A DNA stretch of 64,000 nt from Piedraia hortae CBS 480.64 (lineage: Eukaryota): positions 1-64,000 of the forward strand of contig MU006007.1 of assembly GCA_010093745.1 (NCBI GenBank), read 5' to 3'. Positions 55,412 through 64,000 of the stretch are shown piece after piece. Each line of letters opens with the position of its first letter. The stretch's first letter is position 1. Made by a program: the position numbers and the translations under genes. The notes under the pieces were generated by a model. The model ran no database searches. It saw nothing but the letters and a program-made list of their open reading frames with translations, and had not been told where the DNA came from.

Positions 55412-58400
55412 ATGGGCACGACTCCGAACTCGACCGCTCGACCACGGACCAAAGCATCGCCGGGCAATGGTACGCCGTCGGCCAGGTCCGAGGCGCAGCA
55501 GACCGCGGCAGGGACGCTGAATGGACCGCCGTCTGGGAACAACCATGCCATTCCGCTGAGCGCCCGCCGTGCCGAGCCGTTGGATCTCTCCACGGTCGAG
55601 CTGCGCGGGCAGATCAAGGGCGACGAGCGTCAGGAAAAGCGGCAGTTCGACATGCCCGTCGCGCCGTCATACCATCCGACCGAAGAAGAATTTCGCGACC
55701 CAATGGAATATATCAAAAAGATTGCCCCGGAAGCGCAGCAATACGGCCTGTGCAAGATCACGCCGCCGGCCTCGTTCCAGCCGCCGTTTTCCATCAACAC
55801 CGAGGTAAGAGATGGAGCGGAAAAGCTTCACAGAGCTGACGGTTTAGCGCTTCCATTTCCGCGTTCGACGACAGGAGCTCAACTCGGTTGAGGGCCGCAA
55901 CCGGGTCAACACCGATTACCTAGATCAGCTGGCAAAGTTTCATGCGCAAAGCGGCACCAACCTGAACCGCTTCCCGAGCGTCGACAAGCGGCCGCTGGAT
56001 CTTCACCGGTTGAAGAAGACGGTCGAGGCCAAGGGCGGCTTCGAAATGGTCTGCAAGGGCAAGCGCTGGGCTGAGGTAGGCCGCGAGCTGGGCTACAGCG
56101 GCAAGATCATGTCGTCGCTGTCGACGTCGCTGAAGAATTCGTACCAAAAGTGGCTCTTGCCGTTTGAAGAATGGCTTCGTCTTGCAAAGCCCGGCGTCCA
56201 CCAGCAGTGGGAGTCTGCCAATGGCGGCCCCGTAACGCCCGGCAAGAGGTCACAGGCAACGACGCCGCGGGCCAACACCCCGGCCGTTTCTGAATACGCC
56301 CCAAGCCCCGTAGAGCCGCCCGAGATGGCCCTGCCTAGTATAGGGACCAGCTTTACGGCCGTCAACACTCCCAGCGGCTCCGTTTCCGGCACTGTAACCC
56401 CCGCCGAAGGGACTCCAGCCAAAGCGCTTCCCAGCGGCTCCCTCAAGCGTCAGCTTAGCGACAAGAGCCTGGCTGATGAAGGCTCCAGTCGTCGTTCCAA
56501 GCGGCTGCGCAAAGACGCGCCGACGGTTGCTGGTAGTAACATGCACGCTTCGCGTATGAATGCAGCCCGCACCCAACCGGTCAAGCCGCGTGGCGATTTC
56601 AAGCCGGGCGAGGCCTGCGAACACTGTTCCCGCGCGGACGACAAGCTCAAGATGGTGTCGTGTGGCTCTTGCGATTGCACCTACCATGTACACTGTCTGG
56701 AGCCTCCTCTTAAGCAGAAGCCCGAGCAAGATTGGAACTGTCCCAAGTGCGTCATTGGCACAAACGACTACGGCTTCATTGAGGGCGACGTTTACTCTCT
56801 TGTCGGCTTTCAAAAGAAGGCAAACGATTTCAAGAAACATCACTTTAGCAAACTCGAGTCTGGCGAGTCGCCGGACGAGAACCAAGTGGAAAAGGAGTTT
56901 TGGAGGCTTGTTGATGAGCTCTCGGAGACAACAGAAGTGGAATACGGGGCCGACATCCACTCGACCACCCACGGCAGCGGCTTTCCTACCGTCGAGAAGA
57001 AGCCGCGCGATCCATACTCTGTGCATCCGTGGAACCTCAACATGCTCCCGCTAGACAAGGATTCGCTGTTCCGTCACATCAAATCCGACATCTCGGGTAT
57101 GACGGTCCCGTGGCTTTACGTGGGAATGGTATTCTCTACCTTTTGCTGGCACAACGAGGACCACTTCACCTATTCGGCCAACTACCAGCATTTTGGGGAC
57201 ACCAAGACGTGGTACGGCGTGCCGGGCGAGGACGCGTACAAGTTCGAGGAAGCCATGAGGGCCGAGGTGCCCGAACTGTTTGAGTCGCAGCCCGACTTGC
57301 TTTTCCAGCTCGTCACCCTTGCTCGGCCAGAGAAGCTACGACAAGCCGGTGTTCGCGTGTACGCCATAGACCAGCACGCGGGGGACTTTATCATCACTTT
57401 TCCTAGGGCTTACCATGCCGGCTTCAACCACGGCTTCAACTTCAACGAAGCCGTCAACTTTGCCCCAGCGGACTGGGAACCTTTTGGCGAAGAGGGCGTA
57501 AAGAGGCTTCAGGCGTACCGTAAGCAGCCGTGTTTCTCCCACGACGAACTCTTGATGACGGCTGCCTCGCGGGACCTTTGCATCAAGACGGCAAAGTGGT
57601 TAGCTCCCGCCCTGGAACGCATGCTTGTCGATGAGCTTTCCCTTCGGCGTGCTTTCCTCGCTTCTGAAGCGGACCCCGCCGTTGAGGATAGTCAGCCGTA
57701 CACCGGGCCTAGATACCACGCTACTCCGCAGCTCATCGCCGAAGACGGTGGGGATGACGAGGTCAGCTGCACATTTTGCAAAGCATACTGCTACCTCTCA
57801 CGCTATCATTGCAAGAAGACCAATAAGATGGTCTGTCTCCTGCACGCCGGCAGCTACGAGTGCTGTGATGCATCAGAGTCGGACAGGTACTCGGGCAAGG
57901 ACGGTGAACATGTTCTTTACCTTGGCAAAACGGACGATGACCTGACGGCGTTTGTGAAGAGGGTCGTGGACAAGGCAAACGTTCCCGAGGTATGGACGGC
58001 CAAGGTGGACAAGGAGATTGAGGACGCTGCCCGTCCGCAACTGAAAACGCTGCGCGCGTTGCTTGCAGAGGGCGAGAAAATTCAATACGACCTGCCTCGG
58101 TTATCCGAACTGCGTCAATACGTGGAACGGTGCAATGAGTGGGTGGAGGAGGCCATTTCGTACATCACTCGCAAACAGCAGCGGCGCAAGAGCGAAAAGG
58201 GGGGACGGAAAAGCGCAGCAAAAGCGGCGGAAATGGAAGAACGCGAGGCTCAGCTGAGAAAGGTTGATAACATCAACCGACTCTTGGAAAAAGCAGAACT
58301 CATAGGATTCGACTGCCCCGAGATCCACACGCTGAGGGAGCGGGCTGATGGCATCGTTCAGTTCCAAAAGGATGTGCACGATGCCCTCAACGACATCCGC

Positions 58401-60575
58401 AGCAAGACATGGACGGACCTGGAAGAACTCGTCCAGCGCGGCAAAGAGTTCCATGTCGATATCCCCGAAACGGACGACCTCGAGCGGGTGGTGAAGCGAC
58501 TCAGATGGGACGACTCGGCCAGGGCGATGAGGCCGAATAATATCACTCGTGCCCAGAACAACTCTCTCGAAGACGTCGAGCGTCTCTTAGAGGACGGCAG
58601 GGCGATGGGAGTTCCCGAGAACAACCCGGACATGGCCTTCTTCCGCGAACACAAGGCCCAGGCTGAGCTGTGGGAGGCCAAGGCCAAGGAACTCATGGCG
58701 GTTGACCAGGTGCACTTCCAGCAGCTCGATTCGCTCTCCGCCCAGGCAATAACGCTGCCGGTGTCCAAGGAGACGCTGGCCAAGGTCGACGCCATCCTGA
58801 GGAAGCAGCGGGAGGCACAGGAGAAGATCCTGTCGCTGATCAACCAGGCCAAAGACGCAGACTTCCGCAATCGGCCGCATTACCGCACGCTTAAGGAGGT
58901 CGTCGAGTCCTTTTCGGGCATGCAGAGCAAGCCGAGCGGAGCGGTGGAGCTGGAGAAGCTGCAGAAGCAACACGAGGACTGGATGCGGGAGGGCAAGAAG
59001 TTGTTTGGGAAAGCCAACGCTCCCCTTCACATTCTACTTCAGCATATGAAGCACGTTGACAGCCGCAACGAGGCCTGTTTCGATCTGTCTGACAAGCCTC
59101 GGATGCCCGTTGAGCCAGCGTCACGCCAGCCATCTCCCGTAGACGATGCAGACGGCGTAGATGGCAGCAACTCGAGCAAGAACGTCTTCTGCATTTGCCG
59201 CCGACCCGAGGCCGGCATGATGATTGAGTGCGAGATTTGCCACGAATGGTACCATGGAAAGTGCCTCAAGATTGCGCGTGGCAAGGTCAAGGACGACGAC
59301 AAGTATACTTGTCCCGTGTGCGACTGGCGCGTCAAGATCCCCCGGGACGCTGCCCGGCCCAAGCTGGAGGAGCTGCAGGCGTGGCAGGCCAAGATACCGT
59401 CGCTGCCGTTCCAGCCAGACGAAGAGGCGACGCTGAAGAGCCTCGTTGACCGTGGGGCGGCGTTTAGGGACTACCTGAGGCCATTTGTGAACCCCGGGAA
59501 CCCGATCACGCCCGAGGAGGTCGGCACTCTTCGCTTCTATCTGCGGAAGATCGAGGGAGCCGATATTCTGCTGGCCGAAGAAGGCAACTACCTGCGTCAG
59601 GCCCTGCACAAATGGGCCCCCGTGGCACAGGCGCCTCCGCCAGTCATGATGGTGTCTCAATCCACGCGCAAACCGCGGCCGACGAAGCAGCAGAAGCTGA
59701 TGGCCCGTCTCGGCGTCGCGGTGCCAGAGGAGATTCCACAAGAATTCAAACACAAGGCTCATGGCGTGAGGAACGGGCGGTTATCGGAGCAGCACGGACG
59801 AGGTCAGACGGCTTCGGCAGGTGCGTCAGCCTCTCCCACAGCTAGCCACGATCCTTCGCACCCCGGGTCTGCGTCTGGACAGGGTGAAGGGAGGCGGTTC
59901 CTCACACCGCTGGCCGTACAGGTGCTCGGCGAGCTTGCCAATGCGCCCGTGGTCAGCAAGGTGCTCAGCCTGGAGCCGCACATGAACAGCGAGAAGCTGT
60001 CCAAGATGAAGGCGATTCTGCTCGAAGACGACCTGAATCGGGACATTTCTTGCGAGGAAATGCGCAGGAAGATTGCAGGGTTCACGGGCTCCGTCACGCC
60101 TACAAATGACTACTATGGCAACATGGGCCGCCAGCCAGAGCACACCGCGGCGGGGGCGTCTTCCTTTAGGGACGTCTTCCACATCTCCACCCCGACGACC
60201 TTGTCCCAGTCAGCAATGTTCGGGCCGGGGCCGTATCATCATGTGCAGCGGTCGGCCTCGCCACCGGCCCTGGACCCGCACATGTTTGGCGAGCCGCGCA
60301 TCTTCGACGACAGCAGCAGGGACATGCCCGTCACAACCGCCGAGGGAGCAAGCGTCTACGACAGCCTCCACGCGGCCGGGGGCTATCCGCCGCCACCGCC
60401 GGCGTCGGGTTTCCAGAGCCCAGATGGCCTGGCCGAGGAAAGCAACAACATGAGCAGTAACATCGATGCCGCATTCACCGATCTCGTCAATGACGAGGCA
60501 TCAGCGGGGGACAGCGGACAGTACCCGCCGCTGCCGCCGCTGCCGCCGCTGCCGTCGGAAGAGCGGAGTATATAG
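55412..60575 (+). CDS. KDM5/Lid2-type JmjC histone H3K4 demethylase; intron 55805-55847
   Basis: JmjN ([15 protein letters not shown]), ARID, PHD, JmjC with intact metal ligands (WHNEDH...AYHAG), C5HC2, PLU-1 and a second PHD (FCICRR...[13 protein letters not shown]). Confidence 0.95.
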
Positions 60576-60901
60576 TGGGTAATGAGGAAAGGGCGACTGT
60601 GGGTGTATTTTAGTGGTAGCCTCAACGTCTATGTACAACATCAGCTTCAACAACCCGTAGCTCAGACTTTTATAGGCCAAGCTCTTTACAGCTTCAACGA
60701 TCAGTTCACGTCACTGCGGGCCCGATGTCGTAGGAGGGTTCGGTCCGCAGACTACGCCAAACGCTGGAACAGACGGAACTGGAGGACACGCAGCCGGGCG
60801 GCGTCACTCCGCCAGCAAGCAACCTGCCGCAAAATCGCCTGAAGCGCCGCTCGGCCGCCGAAGGTCCGGCCGAGCCTAACAAGCGGCGGCGGTCCGAAGA
60901 C

Positions 60902-62690
60902 ATGCTGACGGACGAGCCGCACGCCAACGGCAGTTCTCCCAACGGCAGCTCTTCCAAGGCTTCGCACCCCGCTCCCGATCTCTCGCTCCCCTTTCACGGC
61001 CACGACCGCGCCGAAGTCACCCAGCTGGTGCTGCAGTGTCTCTCGGACCTTGGATGGCACCGCGCCGCCGCTCAGCTCTCGCGGGACAGCGGCTTCCAGC
61101 TGGACGTGCCGGGCGTTGCGGCCCTGCGGAATGCGGTGTACTCGGGCGAATGGGACAAGGCAGAGACGCTTCTGGGCTGCGATGGCGCGGTGGAGAACGG
61201 CACAAAGGCGATGCGCCTGCCACTGCGAGACGACACCGATGTAGACGCTCTCAAGCTGCTCATACGCCGCCAACACTTTCTTGAGCTGCTGGAGAAAGGG
61301 GACAAGGGTGCCGCCCTCCAGGTGCTCCGCAGAGACATCCATCCGCTGCGTTCAACCGCGGCAGACATCCTCAACGAGCTCTCGGCCTATATTATGTGTC
61401 CAACGCCCGAACATCTCCGCAGACAGGCGGCATGGGACGGCGTCGGTGGCCAGAGCCGCACTCTGTTGCTGTCGGAAATCTCTACCTGCATCTCGCCGTC
61501 TGTCATGATTCCAGAACACCGTCTGGCCACTCTGCTCTCCACCGTCCAGAGGCAGCAGATTCTCGACTGCCACTTCCACTGCACCACGGAGACGCCCAGT
61601 CTCTTTGTCGACCATTACTGTGCAGAAGACATGTTTCCCACTCAGGTTGGCTCCACCATTCTCGTCGACGGAGAAGTCTGGCATCTGGCTTACAGCCAGG
61701 ACGGCTCCCTGATGGCTGCCGGGCTCGGCGATGGTACGGTCATCGTCTTTGATACCACGACATGGAGCAAAACGGCGGAGTGGCGTATAGAGTCGAAAGT
61801 CACGCCCCTGAGAGGCATCAGCTACCTCGCCTTTAGCCCTGATAACCGCTACATCATCATCTGTTCTCTCAGCAACGAGTTTGTCGTCAAGGAAGTGACG
61901 ACTTCTCTGGACGTAGCCCATGAACATCTCGACTACCCTGCCACCACAGCCGCCTGGCTGTCCGACTCTAGACGCTTTATCGTCGGCACCCAAGCGACCC
62001 ACAAGCCTCTGACCCTCCACGAACTCCCAGCTGCCGGAGCAGAATGCCAAGTCGAAGTCTTTTCTGACGATGATGACGCCCATGCCATCTTCGAACCAGT
62101 TGCAAGTCGCCATATCAAACCCATCCCAACCATTTTCCGCATGTCCGACTTGGCCATCTCTCCCGACGAAAAAAGTCTCGTCGTTGCCACTTTAGACAAT
62201 CGCATCATCGTCTACGATCTTGCCACCAGACGAAAGACGAACACAATAGACATGCAAACGCTCGTCACCTCGCTATCGTTCTCTCCATCGGGCCATATGC
62301 TCCTAGTCGGCATGACAGGCGGAGCCATTGCCACGATGGACCCCATAACCGGAGAAGCTATCCAATCCTTTAGCGGCGCAACGCACGGAAACAACATCAT
62401 CCGTACCTCGTTTGGCGGCGCCGATGGCGCTACGTTTGTGATTTCTGCGTCGCTGGATTCGTCGATCAGAGTCTGGAGGACTCTGACGGGGCAGGATGTT
62501 ATCGTCCTCGATGGGGCACATGGTCAGTCTGCTATCAATGCGGCGGTTTGGGCCCCAGATGGGAAGGCGATTGTGTCTGGTGGGGATGACGGGAAGATTA
62601 TTATGTGAGTACTAAATCGTTTTTGTGGTTATTCTATGCTGATTTTGGGACAGATGGATAAGTGCTCGGGATGCGGGGGTTGCGGGCTGA
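60902..62690 (+). CDS. WDR26/Gid7-like LisH-CTLH-WD40 protein; intron 62605-62653
   Basis: GHDRAEVTQLVLQCLSDLGW, FLELLE, WDGVGGQSRTLLL, MIPEHRLATLL, SLFVDHYC and WD repeats. The final exon restores SGGDDGKIIIW. Confidence 0.88.
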
Positions 62691-63768
62691 CATGCGATAT
62701 AAGTACATGGACTGGGGGGGGTTTATAGGCATGAATGATTTTTTTTATTTATTTTTTTTTTTTTTTCTGACTGCTCTTTGATCTTGGTGTGTCTGTGGCA
62801 GGCGTTCCACTGGTTTTCGCTCTTTCGTATCGACACTGTCATGACCGCCCATGTTTTAATAAATGTATGTACCTACCCTCTAATATACGAGTTTAATCTG
62901 TACTCGCTGAAATCCTATAGGATTGATTTGCTCATCTATAGCATACTCTTTCATCCAACCCTTTTATCCTGGCGGTATGAACTACTACTACATATAATCT
63001 GGTTAAACAAAAACAAACGAATCAAAAACCTTCTCAAGCAACGCAGAAGATACCCCACAGCGAAATGGTGAGATAACCAACACATGGCCGTATTGCATCC
63101 TCCACGAGTACCATCTGCGGGAACGGATATCCGTCGGTAAATACCCACTGTAGTTCCCAGTTTCAGGACGGACTCTTAATGATAAGTTCTTTATTCCCGA
63201 CCTAGCTCCTATATAGGTCCATGCGGGAAGCTCTGATAGTTGGTGAGGGTAAAACCTCGCCGCACAAAAACCCCTCACGCCATTGCGTGGAGGCACCTGC
63301 CACAGTGCCACTTTGGCCGTTGTCGTCCTCGGTGCAGGTCGGAGGACGGACTCTTGGGACGAGATTCAAATTCACGCTGCGTGAAAGTTGTGAGGGTATG
63401 GAGCTGCAATGCACTGGGGTATGGGGGAGGGTTTAAATCTCGTTGGGGATTTATTGATTCCACGGATTTATATAACTGGAATGGCAAGTGCTGGGTGGGA
63501 ATATGCGAAAAAGGTTCACAAGGGTCGTGGAATATAAGTTTCTGGGACACCTGGACGGATGTAAAGAATGAGGCTCTTGGGTGTCCCTCTGTAGTGTGGC
63601 AAGACAACGCTTGGCATCGCACAGACTCTCCTTTTTCACACATCACGGAGATCCCGTCTAACGCCGCGGGCATAAGCTCTTTAGGAGCAACAACCCACAC
63701 ACATGGACGTTAAACGAGTCACTAAGAAACACTCTGCGTGAATCTGAGACACAGGCACATGCACAAAT

Positions 63769-64000
63769 TCATCCCCCTCCCCCTCCCCCACACTCCCTCT
63801 CAAACCCCTCAAACATCCCCAGCGCCATGATCGGAAAAATAAACTTGTAGTTCGGATACGAAATCATGCTGTATTCGCGTTAGCAACCCTACTACGCTCC
63901 TGCCCAACCAACCATACCAGCTTTTATTAAACACCCCCTCAATACCCTCCTGGACCCACTCGCCATTCGGCCTCTGACGCTCACGGATAAGACCCACAGC
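63769..64000 (-). CDS. ERG7: Lanosterol synthase (oxidosqualene cyclase), 3' end only; intron 63869-63917
   Basis: QW motif RQRPNGEWVQEGIEGVFNKSC spliced to MISYPNYKFIFPIMALG; stop codon at 63769-63771. Confidence 0.9.

Noticed and set aside
56250..62113. Long antisense ORFs (258, 213, 196 and 253 aa) opposite Lid2 and WDR26
   Set aside because: Expected by-product of GC-rich codon usage; no recognisable motifs.
1..64000. CRISPR arrays, prokaryotic defence or mobile systems, tRNA/rRNA/snRNA genes, TPP riboswitch
   Set aside because: The sequence is an intron-containing fungal chromosome. I found no repeat-spacer array, transposase, reverse transcriptase, LTR or recognisable structural RNA by eye; a covariance-model scan was not possible.

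Overview
Eukaryotic, not prokaryotic: a very compact, gene-dense stretch of a filamentous ascomycete genome. Gene content suggests Pezizomycotina, possibly a Dothideomycete (inference). I can support about 29 protein-coding genes, mostly housekeeping: Aim25-like scramblase, Ubc7, F-box/LRR protein, MORG1-like WD40, Cdc12 septin, Pwp2, Swa2/auxilin, SDR, aspergillopepsin, pICln-like protein, Syg1, CysRS, Gtr1, Zn2Cys6 factor, PhoD, Med4, Urc4, AMACR, Rad9/Crb2, Dld2, Fcy2-type permease, MTHFR, Slx1, Lid2/KDM5, WDR26/Gid7, the 3' end of Erg7 and two hypothetical proteins. There is also a decayed SRPK-like kinase pseudogene and a 10-N assembly gap. I resolved 21 GT-AG introns by eye, 17 of them 42-49 nt. 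I found no tRNA, rRNA, CRISPR array or intact transposon, and no convincing novel multi-gene system. The most notable observations are: (1) repeated sharp C/A-rich to G/T-rich strand-skew switches inside genes, with the same polarity whatever the gene orientation; (2) an AUG-less in-frame N-terminal extension of WDR26/Gid7 carrying a bipartite NLS-like motif behind an in-frame ATG-TCG-TAG; (3) a two-AUG CysRS that may be dual-targeted; (4) convergent gene pairs whose stop codons overlap or abut. Family assignments come from recalled motifs; no database search was run.
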